From: Ferruginibacter sp.
GTDB lineage: Bacteria > Bacteroidota > Bacteroidia > Chitinophagales > Chitinophagaceae
Assembly (NCBI GenBank): GCA_041740215.1
Contig: JBGSMI010000065.1
Location: 38,201 to 102,200, forward strand
DNA: 64,000 nucleotides
Direction: 5' to 3'
Both the position numbers and the translations under genes were made by a program. Shown here piece by piece: positions 49,753-58,877 of the stretch (the stretch's first letter is position 1; each line of letters starts with the position of its first letter). The notes beneath the pieces were generated by a model. It saw nothing but the letters and a program-made list of their open reading frames with translations. It searched no databases and had not been told where the DNA came from.

Positions 49753-50083
49753 CAATCCTAAAAGCCAAAGTCTTGGTTTGATTTTTTGTCGTATAAAATG
49801 GTGAATGTACCGCTTGGCATTTTAAAACCGGTCGAACAATGCGTTCGGATTCAGCTTTACTTATATCAATCCATGGACTAATGGCTGGATTAAAAACGGC
49901 AGAAAGACCTCTAACACAAACGCCTGATGCGTGCATTTGTCTGGCTGCCATAAAAAGTAACGCTATGTTTGAAATACTTATATGTTTTTTTGTGTATGAT
50001 CTTAAAATTAACGATTATTGATGTTACAAATCAGAACAAAAAGTGTTTTAATCGGTTATTTTTGTATGAATATGATAAATAAA

Positions 50084-50470
50084 ATGATTTCAAAACTAAC
50101 AGAAGGTGTAACGGTCAGTGTAGAAACATTCTACCAGCCAGAGTATAGCAACCCGGCCAATAGTGAATTTATGTTTGCTTATAGGATCACCATCGAAAAT
50201 AATAATAATTATCCGGTAAAATTATTACGTCGCCATTGGTATATTTACGAGGCCAACGGCAGTCTTCGTGAAGTAGAAGGAGAAGGTGTAATAGGTGTGC
50301 AACCGCAAATTAATCCAGTGGAAAAATATCAATATATTAGTGGTTGTAATCTTAGTACTGAAATGGGTAAAATGTATGGAACTTACACGATGGAGAATAG
50401 TAACAACAACAGAACTTTTGAGGTTATTATTCCAGCTTTCGAAATGACTGTTCCTTTTAAGATGAACTAA
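50084..50470 (+). CDS. apaG: ApaG protein
   Basis: FAYRITIEN...VKLLRRHW...VEGEGVIGVQP...G.MYGTY; the start could be 50072 or 50084. Confidence 0.93.
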   Translation: MISKLTEGVTVSVETFYQPEYSNPANSEFMFAYRITIENNNNYPVKLLRRHWYIYEANGSLREVEGEGVIGVQPQINPVEKYQYISGCNLSTEMGKMYGTYTMENSNNNRTFEVIIPAFEMTVPFKMN

Positions 50471-50578
50471 ATGGCTGCTTTTAGCTATTTTGCCATATCT
50501 TACGAGGAATATCTTACCTTTTCTAATTGAAATTTCATTAAACCAGACTTGCATTTTTAAAATACCAATCATCTCTCA

Positions 50579-51691
50579 ATGGCAAAGATTACATTCGACA
50601 ATCGAAACAATCAATTCTTCCAAAGTTTAAAGACCTCCGTAGATCAATATTTTGAAACCAACGGCATTAAAAAAACCGGTGACTGGCGCCTTTACATTAA
50701 AACCATCATCCTGATAAGTGCAGCCATGCTAATGTATTGCAGCCTGATTTTTCTAAAATTGAATGCCTTGCCTGCCCTGCTTATTTGTGGAGTACTTGGA
50801 TTTACATTTGCCAGTATCGGATTTAGTGTAATGCACGATGCTAACCACGGCAGTTATAGCACAAAGCCATGGCTGAACGATTTGCTTGGTTTATCTGCCA
50901 ATGCTTTAGGGGCAAGCGCTTATTTCTGGAAACAAAAACATAACATTATTCACCATACTTATACCAATGTTGATGGAATAGATGATGATATTGCAAAGAG
51001 CCCGATTATTCGCCAGTGTGAAACACAGAAGTGGGTACCTGCACATAAAATTCAACATTTATATTTGGTTCCTGTTTACGCTTTATCATCTATTTTCTGG
51101 CTTTTCTTTATGGACTTTGCCAAGTACTTTAGCAGAAAAATATATACGACCGAAGCATGGAAATTGACCACGAAAAACCACATCATTTTCTGGGCAACCA
51201 AAGCATCTTATCTTACTTTTTATATTATTATCCCAATTCTGGTTTGGGGATTTGGTCCGTGGTTATTGGGTTTTTTGGTGTTGCATGCTGCAATGGGTCT
51301 TACACTTTCTCTGGTTTTTCAATTGGCACACGTAGTAGAAAATACTGAATTTGAGAGTGTAGCGCTTGATGAAACAAAACATGTGGAAACTGCATGGGCT
51401 GAGCATGAGTTAAAAACAAGCTCCAATTTCGCCATGAATAATGCCGTTATTTCCTGGTTTGTTGGGGGGCTTAATTTCCAGATAGAGCATCATCTTTTTC
51501 CGAAGGTTAGCCATGTACACTATCCTGCAATCAGTAAAATATTAATGGAAAAATGTAAGGAGTTTAATTTGCCTTATAATAAATATGATACGATGACAGC
51601 AGCACTTTTCTCTCATTTTAGATTAATGAAAATGCTAGGACAAAGTGAGGTGGTTGTAAAGGTAAAGCACCACAGCGCTCAGGCTGCATAG
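50579..51691 (+). CDS. Acyl-CoA (linoleoyl-CoA-type) desaturase
   Basis: His boxes HDANH, HNIIHH and QIEHHLFP. Confidence 0.93.
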   Translation: MAKITFDNRNNQFFQSLKTSVDQYFETNGIKKTGDWRLYIKTIILISAAMLMYCSLIFLKLNALPALLICGVLGFTFASIGFSVMHDANHGSYSTKPWLNDLLGLSANALGASAYFWKQKHNIIHHTYTNVDGIDDDIAKSPIIRQCETQKWVPAHKIQHLYLVPVYALSSIFWLFFMDFAKYFSRKIYTTEAWKLTTKNHIIFWATKASYLTFYIIIPILVWGFGPWLLGFLVLHAAMGLTLSLVFQLAHVVENTEFESVALDETKHVETAWAEHELKTSSNFAMNNAVISWFVGGLNFQIEHHLFPKVSHVHYPAISKILMEKCKEFNLPYNKYDTMTAALFSHFRLMKMLGQSEVVVKVKHHSAQAA

Positions 51692-51694
51692 GTA

Positions 51695-52708
51695 TCAGGG
51701 CTTATATTTAGCATCTTGAAAAATTATTTCCGAATCTAAATTCATCAATTGCTGCACCGTTGTTGCAGCATTTTTTTGCATATACTTTTTTACAATTTGC
51801 CAGCCTGCATACGATCCGATGTTGCCTGGAGCCCCTTCTCCCAGCTCGGGAGTTTTCGGACTGTCACCAAGGTAATTTTTTATGATGTTTTTATCTGTGA
51901 TTTGCAGGTAGGAGTTTTTTACGAATAAGTCCCAGATAACGGCTTCGTGTAAGTTGGCATCATCCCATTGTTTTTCTGTAAACCCAATCAATTTATAGGG
52001 CTCAGCGCCTGGTAAAAACCTGCTCAACAGATACAAACGTTTTCCTTTTTCAATCAGTTGGTTTACCAACGGCTTATCGTCTGATTTTTCGGGATACAAA
52101 TCGTTTACAATATTATTCATACAGTTTACCGCAATGTAACGGGGTTCAAAGCGATTGGATAAATACTCGGGATAAGTTTCCTGCACCAATGAAGATTTGT
52201 ATAAATAAAAATCTTTACCGAGATGATGGTGCAGCCCAATTAATAAAGCATCTGCGGTTAAAATGTCGCCATAACCGTCTGCTGGTCCGATATAGGTAAT
52301 TATTTTTTCCGGTATTTTATATTCAGGAAAATAATGCTTGACAAATTGCAGTCCTTTTTTAATTTCTTTTTCATACGGTGCAAAATCTTTGAATGTTTTT
52401 TCTGTACTATCATATACCGGCCGGTAAGTTTTAATAAATGCATTTACATAGCTGGCGGCAGTATCTGTAGGCCAGGATGGATCTACACCTAAAATCTTCG
52501 TCAGGTATTGTGTGGTAAAAGATGGATCGTTGCTTTGTATTTTTTGTATGTAAGTAAATAAATTTTTAGTGGTGGTATCAAATAAATTTCTTTCGAATCT
52601 GTCAGTTGACAGACTGATTTTAATATTGGAAACATCTGGAGCTTTTTCTGCATTGTTGCAGGATATTAAAAACGCACTAAACAAAATTGCAATGACAGCT
52701 ACTCTCAT
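51695..52708 (-). CDS. gldB: Gliding motility lipoprotein GldB
   Basis: Lipobox LISC; LIEKGKRLYL and PGNIGSYAGWQIVKKYM; divergent from nadE as in other Bacteroidota. Confidence 0.88.
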   Translation of the reverse strand: MRVAVIAILFSAFLISCNNAEKAPDVSNIKISLSTDRFERNLFDTTTKNLFTYIQKIQSNDPSFTTQYLTKILGVDPSWPTDTAASYVNAFIKTYRPVYDSTEKTFKDFAPYEKEIKKGLQFVKHYFPEYKIPEKIITYIGPADGYGDILTADALLIGLHHHLGKDFYLYKSSLVQETYPEYLSNRFEPRYIAVNCMNNIVNDLYPEKSDDKPLVNQLIEKGKRLYLLSRFLPGAEPYKLIGFTEKQWDDANLHEAVIWDLFVKNSYLQITDKNIIKNYLGDSPKTPELGEGAPGNIGSYAGWQIVKKYMQKNAATTVQQLMNLDSEIIFQDAKYKP

Positions 52709-52795
52709 ACTTATTAATGGGGTTGAATGTTTTAACTTTACAAAAAAATAAAATGATTCTTACACATAAAGTTAAGTCCCTTTAAGGGTTGAGAT

Positions 52796-54478
52796 ATGAA
52801 AATATTTTTAGCACAGCAAAACTATCACATTGGCAATTTTGAAAGCAATACACAAAAGATCATTGCAGCGGTTGAAGAAGCCAAAACACAAGGAGGCGAT
52901 ATCATCGTTTTCAGCGAATTAAGTATTTGCGGTTATCCTCCGAGAGATTTTTTAGAATTTGATGACTTCATACGAAAGTGTTATGCCGCTATTGATGCAA
53001 TCAAAGAACATGCAGATTCAATCGCTGTAATTGTAGGCGCACCCGATAGAAATACGGTGAAAGAAGGAAAGGATCTGTTCAACGCTGCTTATTTTTTATA
53101 CGATAAATCTGTTACTGCAATTGCCCACAAAACCTTATTGCCAACCTACGATATATTTGATGAGTACCGCTATTTTGAACCGGCGTATGAATGGAGTGTG
53201 GTAGCATTCAAAGGAAAAAAAATTGCCCTTACCATTTGTGAAGATATCTGGAATTTGGGTCATAATCCATTGTACAGGATTTGCCCGATGGATATGCTGA
53301 TGCCGCAACAGCCTGATTTCATGGTCAATATCTCCGCTTCACCATTTGACTATACCCACGATGAAGACCGAAAGGCTACCATTAAGGCCAATGTAACCAA
53401 GTATAAATTACCCATGTTTTATTGCAATGGCGTAGGTAGCCAGACAGAAGTAGTGTTTGATGGCGCCTCAATGGTATTTGATAAAGATGCCAATCTATGC
53501 GGTCAGCTCCCTCTTTTTGAAGAGGCCGTTAAAGGCTTTGTTTTGAACGATGATGGATCCATTGATGCACCCATAATCGAACCCTCCAGCCGTATACCTG
53601 ATAAAGAGTTAACACCAATTGTGCTGGAAGAAAATTTAAATATTGCACAGGTACATGATGCGATTGTAATGGGGATCCGGGATTATTTTTCTAAGATGGG
53701 TTTTACAAAAGCCATTATTGGTAGCAGTGGTGGAATTGACAGTGCCGTTACCATTGCGCTTGCCTGCTCAGCATTGGGAGCCGCCAATGTAAGGGCTGTA
53801 TTAATGCCATCTCAATATTCAACCGGGCATTCAGTGGATGATGCGGTAGCCTTAAGTGTGACCCTTGAAAACCCTTATGATATCATCCCAATCAAAAATA
53901 TTTATGATGCTTTTTTGACCGAACTGAAACCAATTTTTAAAGATATACCGTTTAGCGTAGCCGAAGAAAATATACAGAGCCGCAGTCGCGGAAATCTATT
54001 AATGGCCATTGCCAATAAGTTTGGGTACATACTGCTGAATACCTCTAACAAAAGTGAGTTAGCAACAGGCTATGGCACGTTGTATGGTGATATGGCGGGT
54101 GGCCTTGGTGTGCTGGGAGATTGCTATAAACTACAGGTGTATGCTTTGGCAAAATACATTAACAAGGATGGTATTATCATACCTGAAAATATTATTTCCA
54201 AAGCTCCTTCAGCCGAATTGCGACCCGGACAAAAAGATTCTGATTCGCTGCCTGAATATGATGTGCTTGATAAATTATTGTACCAATACATTGAAAGAAG
54301 ACTTGGCCCCAATGAAATTAAAGCCCAGGGTTTTGATGCAGTCTTGGTAGACAGGGTATTGAAAATGGTCAACATCAACGAATACAAGCGCAACCAGTTT
54401 TGCCCCATCATCCGTATTTCTCCAAAAGCATTTGGTGTGGGTAGAAGGGTGCCGATAGTGGGGAAGTATTTGAGTTGA
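52796..54478 (+). CDS. nadE: Glutamine-dependent NAD+ synthetase
   Basis: Nitrilase domain (ELSICGYPP, ICEDIW) plus SGGIDSA, ENIQSRSRG, NKSE..GYGTLYGD and PSAELRPGQKD. Confidence 0.96.
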   Translation: MKIFLAQQNYHIGNFESNTQKIIAAVEEAKTQGGDIIVFSELSICGYPPRDFLEFDDFIRKCYAAIDAIKEHADSIAVIVGAPDRNTVKEGKDLFNAAYFLYDKSVTAIAHKTLLPTYDIFDEYRYFEPAYEWSVVAFKGKKIALTICEDIWNLGHNPLYRICPMDMLMPQQPDFMVNISASPFDYTHDEDRKATIKANVTKYKLPMFYCNGVGSQTEVVFDGASMVFDKDANLCGQLPLFEEAVKGFVLNDDGSIDAPIIEPSSRIPDKELTPIVLEENLNIAQVHDAIVMGIRDYFSKMGFTKAIIGSSGGIDSAVTIALACSALGAANVRAVLMPSQYSTGHSVDDAVALSVTLENPYDIIPIKNIYDAFLTELKPIFKDIPFSVAEENIQSRSRGNLLMAIANKFGYILLNTSNKSELATGYGTLYGDMAGGLGVLGDCYKLQVYALAKYINKDGIIIPENIISKAPSAELRPGQKDSDSLPEYDVLDKLLYQYIERRLGPNEIKAQGFDAVLVDRVLKMVNINEYKRNQFCPIIRISPKAFGVGRRVPIVGKYLS

Positions 54479-54769
54479 GGGTTGGATCATCCGGTTTTCC
54501 ATCATAAATATCGCCGCCATCATTTACAAAACAATAGCATAGTTTAAACACATTTTAACGTGAATCCTTTTTATGGTTAAATTTTTGTAAGTCCATTGTT
54601 CGTATTTTCGCGGAAGGTATAAACTTACCTGCCTTTATGAAACAGCAGGAGCTTGGCAACACCTTCTTTTTCAGTCCGGGAAAATAAATAATTTGTAAAT
54701 TTCAATGAGGCCTTAATTTTAAACTTTAAAATCTCCCTGCCTTTGATGGCAGGGTAACTATTTTTTTAT

Positions 54770-55771
54770 ATGCTACAAACAGCCGAAGACATCCGCCTGC
54801 TAAACGAAAAGATTAAACATGCAGCGGGTTTTGTAACCCGGATCAATGATGAACTCAGTAAAGTGATTGTTGGCCAGCACGGGATGATTGAACGCTTAAT
54901 GATTGGGTTACTCAGTAATGGACATGTATTGTTGGAAGGCGTACCCGGACTTGCAAAAACATTGGCGATTAAGTCGCTGGCGCAGGCCATTCATGCCAAT
55001 TTTAGTCGTATCCAATTTACGCCGGATTTGTTACCAGCCGATGTGGTAGGTACCATGATTTACAACCAGCCAAAGAATGAATTCATGGTTCGGAAAGGTC
55101 CCATCTTTTCCAACTTTATATTAGCAGATGAAATAAACAGGGCCCCGGCAAAAGTTCAGAGTGCCTTGCTGGAAGCCATGCAGGAACGGCAGGTAACCAT
55201 TGGCGATACCACCTTCAAACTGGATGAACCATTTTTAGTATTGGCCACACAGAATCCTATTGAACAGGAAGGCACTTATCCATTACCGGAAGCACAGGTA
55301 GACCGGTTTATGCTGAAAGTTGTAATCAATTATCCGTCCAAAGCGGAAGAGCAATTGATTGTGCGTCAAAATACATTGGGACTTTCTTTTCCTCCAATTG
55401 AGCGGGTGGCGTCTACCAGCGAAATTCTAACTGCAAAAGAATTGGTTCGGCAGGTTTATATGGATGAGAAAGTAGAAAATTATATACTGGATATTGTGTT
55501 TGCCACCCGGTATCCTGATAAATACAGTTTAGCAAAATTAAAACCGCTGATCAGTTTTGGCGGTTCCCCAAGGGCCAGCATTAACCTGGCATTGGCAGCA
55601 AAGGCCTATGCATTTTTAAACAAAAGAGGATATGTAATTCCGGAAGATGTGAGAAGTATTTGTAAAGACGTACTTCGCCATCGGATTGGATTAACTTATG
55701 AAGCAGAGGCAGAAAGCGTAAATGTAGAAATGATTATTGGGGAGATATTGAGGGTGGTGAATGTGCCTTAG
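54770..55771 (+). CDS. moxR: MoxR family AAA+ ATPase (Bat operon)
   Basis: LEGVPGLAKT Walker A, RIQFTPDLLPAD, LADEINRAPAKVQSALLEAMQE and ATQNPIEQEGTYPLPEAQVDRF. Confidence 0.96.
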   Translation: MLQTAEDIRLLNEKIKHAAGFVTRINDELSKVIVGQHGMIERLMIGLLSNGHVLLEGVPGLAKTLAIKSLAQAIHANFSRIQFTPDLLPADVVGTMIYNQPKNEFMVRKGPIFSNFILADEINRAPAKVQSALLEAMQERQVTIGDTTFKLDEPFLVLATQNPIEQEGTYPLPEAQVDRFMLKVVINYPSKAEEQLIVRQNTLGLSFPPIERVASTSEILTAKELVRQVYMDEKVENYILDIVFATRYPDKYSLAKLKPLISFGGSPRASINLALAAKAYAFLNKRGYVIPEDVRSICKDVLRHRIGLTYEAEAESVNVEMIIGEILRVVNVP

Positions 55772-55773
55772 GG

Positions 55774-55800
55774 GCCCCCTAAATCCCCCAAGGGGGACTT
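55774..55800 (+). repeat. REP-like palindromic element, copy 1
   Basis: GCCCCCT-AAA-TCCCCC-AA-GGGGGA-CTT just after the moxR stop codon. Confidence 0.7.
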
Positions 55801-55865
55801 TGAACGAGTTCAATAATTTCATAAACTACTATATTTCGGACATCACTAAAAAAATACTTAAATCC

Positions 55866-56813
55866 TTGTTTAAAAAGAAAAGCGATATCGCCCGGAATAC
55901 TCTTTCTGGCTCTCCCTCTTCGGGGGAGTTGGAGGGGGCTGCTGTACTTACCACCGAGGAGATCATAAGAAAGGTGAAGGAGCTTGAAATAAAAAGTAAG
56001 AAGATTACCACGCATTTATTCACAGGTGAATATCATTCTGCGTTTAAGGGAAAGGGGATGAGTTTTAGAGAAGTAAGAGAATACTATGCCGGGGATGATG
56101 TACGGTTTATTGATTGGAATGTAAGTGCCAGGTTCAATCACCCTTTTACAAAAGTATTTGAAGAAGAGCGGGAACTAACGGTTTTTTTATTGGTAGATGT
56201 TAGTGCCAGTAATCTATTTGGAACGGTTAATGCCAGAAAGAGAGATATCATTACCGAGATAGGTGCAATACTTACTTTTAGCGCCATCAATAACAACGAT
56301 AAAGTTGGGGCTATTTTTTTTAGTGATAAAATTGAAAAATATATTCCGCCTAAAAAAGGCCGGCAGCATGCGCTGTACATTGTAAGGCAATTATTGACTG
56401 TAGAGCCTGTTGGAAAAGTTACCAAGATGGAGGAGGCCATCAAGTTTTTCAATAAGGCATCGCACCAAAAAAGCATTGCTTTTTTATTGAGTGATTTTGT
56501 GGATGCTGAGTATGAAAATGACCTGAAAGTAATTGGTGGCCGGCATGATGTAATTGGTTTGCGCATTTATGATAAAATGGACATGCAATTGCCGGAAGCT
56601 GGACTGCTACAAGTGCAGGATCTTGAAACAGGACGCCAGCAATGGATTGACAGCAACGATGCCAATGTTCAGTACACGTACAAGCAACGGTTTATGCAGC
56701 AAAGCGAATTGTGTAAAAATTATTTTCGCAAGGCCGGTGCCGATTTGTTGCACATTCGCACCGATGAAGATTATGTGAAGATATTGCAGCAGTTTTTTAT
56801 TAAAAGAAGTTGA
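55866..56813 (+). CDS. DUF58 domain-containing protein (Bat operon)
   Basis: GEYHSAFKGKGMSFREVREY..GDDVRFIDWNVSAR and EEERELTVFLLVDVSAS; start uncertain (TTG 55866 favoured; track start 55761). Confidence 0.92.
   Translation: MFKKKSDIARNTLSGSPSSGELEGAAVLTTEEIIRKVKELEIKSKKITTHLFTGEYHSAFKGKGMSFREVREYYAGDDVRFIDWNVSARFNHPFTKVFEEERELTVFLLVDVSASNLFGTVNARKRDIITEIGAILTFSAINNNDKVGAIFFSDKIEKYIPPKKGRQHALYIVRQLLTVEPVGKVTKMEEAIKFFNKASHQKSIAFLLSDFVDAEYENDLKVIGGRHDVIGLRIYDKMDMQLPEAGLLQVQDLETGRQQWIDSNDANVQYTYKQRFMQQSELCKNYFRKAGADLLHIRTDEDYVKILQQFFIKRS
55912..55940 (-). repeat. REP-like palindromic element, copy 2 (inverted), in frame with the DUF58 gene
   Basis: Reverse complement AGCCCCCT-CCAAC-TCCCCC-GAA-GAGGGAG resembles copy 1; it encodes SPSSGELEGA. 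Confidence 0.65.
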
Positions 56814-56832
56814 TTAACTGATAATTGAATAA

Positions 56833-57801
56833 TTGATGGATATTGGCAAAATGCGGATGATTTATTTAACGGCTATCCTGGCCGGTTTTACTTTCCTGTT
56901 ATCGCATGCCCAGCCAATTCTAAAAACATCGGTGGATAAAAGTGAAATACTAATTGGCGACCAATTTAATCTTAAACTAGAACTGGCAGGTATAGAGGAA
57001 GGCTATAAAATAAAACTGCCCAACATACCTGATTCGATTCAACATTTTGAAATAATCAACCGGAGTAAAATAGATTCCATTTACAGCAATAGCCGACTCT
57101 ATGGCGTTTCCCAAACCTTTACCTTCACAAGCTTTGATTCCGGCAAATGGGTATTGCCTTCCTTTCTGGTAAATGTAGATCCGTTAAAGGATGACACGAC
57201 CTATAATTTTTTTACAGATTCGGTGCCGGTTACCGTTTCCTTTTCTGTAAGTGATACTACCAGCCAGTTAAAAGACATCAAGCCAATTCGGGAAGCGGAT
57301 ATTTTTAATCCAATTTGGTATTGGGTAGGGGCGGGTGTTTTGTTGCTTGCACTGGTTATTTTCCTCATTTGGTTCTACCGTTATTGGAAACGAAATAAAG
57401 TAGATGTGCCTTTTAAATCTAAAGTTTCGCCTTATGATGAAGCGATGAAGGAACTGACCGGCTTAAAAGGATATGATTTAACGGTGCAAGAAGAAATAAG
57501 AAAACTACACATCAAACTGAGCGATATTTTAAAGCGATATTTATCAAGACGGCAAAATAGCAGCTATCTCAACAAGACGACCAGCGACGTTTTGATATCG
57601 CTAAACGATCAAAGTCTGGATAAAGAACTGTTGGGCAAAGCTGCCTCCAGCATGCGTTGCAGCGATGCAGTAAAGTTTGCACAATATTTACCACCGGTTG
57701 CAGAAAGTGAGGCATGTCTGGTGGCAGTAAAAGAAGTGATCAATAACCTGCAACTGCAAGCACAAAATAATAAACCTCAATCAATCAACCCCAAATCCTA
57801 A
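56833..57801 (+). CDS. Bat-operon conserved membrane protein (BatD-like N-terminal Ig domain, single TM helix)
   Basis: Signal peptide, VDKSEILIGDQF, TSFDSGKWVLP, LKDIKP, TM helix, DAVKFA; position between DUF58 and batA; the start may be ATG 56851. Confidence 0.8.
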   Translation: MMDIGKMRMIYLTAILAGFTFLLSHAQPILKTSVDKSEILIGDQFNLKLELAGIEEGYKIKLPNIPDSIQHFEIINRSKIDSIYSNSRLYGVSQTFTFTSFDSGKWVLPSFLVNVDPLKDDTTYNFFTDSVPVTVSFSVSDTTSQLKDIKPIREADIFNPIWYWVGAGVLLLALVIFLIWFYRYWKRNKVDVPFKSKVSPYDEAMKELTGLKGYDLTVQEEIRKLHIKLSDILKRYLSRRQNSSYLNKTTSDVLISLNDQSLDKELLGKAASSMRCSDAVKFAQYLPPVAESEACLVAVKEVINNLQLQAQNNKPQSINPKS

Positions 57802-57808
57802 AAATATT

Positions 57809-58813
57809 TTGTTTTCAGACTATTTAGATACCATCAGTTTTGCCATGCCGGGTTTATTATGGCTGGCCTTATTGCTACCCGCAATGATTTTTTGGTATAT
57901 TAAAAATAGCAACCATCAACAGGCTGGTTTAAAAGTTTCTTCGCTCAAAAGTTTCAAGGGTATTTCCTCCTGGAAAAATTTGTTGCGTCATATTCCATTT
58001 GTATGCAGACTGCTTGCCATGGGATTTATTATCGTTGCATTGGCACGGCCGCAGCTAAAAAATGATGAACAACAGGCCGAAGGAGAAGGGGTAGACATTG
58101 TGTTGTGCATTGATGTAAGCGGTAGTATGACCGCACAGGATTTTACCCCTAACCGAATGGAAGCTGCAAAAGCGGTAGCCGCCAACTTTGTAGCACAACG
58201 CTTAACAGATCGTATTGGTGTGGTTATTTTTTCCGGCGAAAGTTTTACGCAATGTCCACTTACAACTGATAAGACGGTGCTAAAATCTGCCATTGAAAAT
58301 ATTAGGAACGGCTTGCTGGAAGATGGCACTGCAATAGGCGATGGATTGTCAACAAGTATTGATCGGTTGCGGAGCAGTCAATCAAAAAGTAAAGTGGTTA
58401 TTCTATTAACCGATGGAGAAAACAACGGCGGTTTAATTGGGCCTGATAACTCCAAGGAAATTGCAAAGGCCTTTGGGGTAAGGGTTTACACGATTGGTGT
58501 AGGCACAGAAGGCTATGCTCCCTATCCCGAAAAAACGGAATTGGGCATCATAATGCGCCAACAAAAAGTAACCATTGATGAAAAATTATTGAAAGCGATT
58601 GCTATGGAAACAGGTGGAAAATATTTCAGGGCAAAAGACAATAACGGGCTTGAAAACATTTACAAAGAAATTGATACGCTTGAGAAATCAAAGGTTGAAA
58701 TATCAACCATTACCCGATACACCGAAAAATTTTTCCCTTATGTGATGATTGCGTTGGCGTTGCTATTGATTGAATTGGTACTTAGGTTTACGGTGTTTAA
58801 AAAGTTTCCATAG
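57809..58813 (+). CDS. batA: VWA domain protein BatA
   Basis: ALARPQ, MIDAS DVSGS, GTAIGDG, ILLTDGENN, RVYTIGVG and TGGKYFRA. Confidence 0.9.
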   Translation: MFSDYLDTISFAMPGLLWLALLLPAMIFWYIKNSNHQQAGLKVSSLKSFKGISSWKNLLRHIPFVCRLLAMGFIIVALARPQLKNDEQQAEGEGVDIVLCIDVSGSMTAQDFTPNRMEAAKAVAANFVAQRLTDRIGVVIFSGESFTQCPLTTDKTVLKSAIENIRNGLLEDGTAIGDGLSTSIDRLRSSQSKSKVVILLTDGENNGGLIGPDNSKEIAKAFGVRVYTIGVGTEGYAPYPEKTELGIIMRQQKVTIDEKLLKAIAMETGGKYFRAKDNNGLENIYKEIDTLEKSKVEISTITRYTEKFFPYVMIALALLLIELVLRFTVFKKFP

Positions 58814-58877
58814 ATGAGGAATGGGCGGATGGAGCAATTAGCTGTTGGGCCCATCCTGCTCCTAAAAATAATTCCGT

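Noticed and set aside
49739-50021. 60-70 aa ORFs in the yciH-apaG gap
   Set aside because: No motifs or plausible start context; treated as non-coding
51695-52708. gldB without an adjacent gldC
   Set aside because: gldC may lie elsewhere, which cannot be judged from one window; low information
58817-58862. Overlapping stems after batA that suggest a pseudoknot
   Set aside because: Most simply a terminator-type hairpin between convergent genes; the alternative stems are only 6 bp
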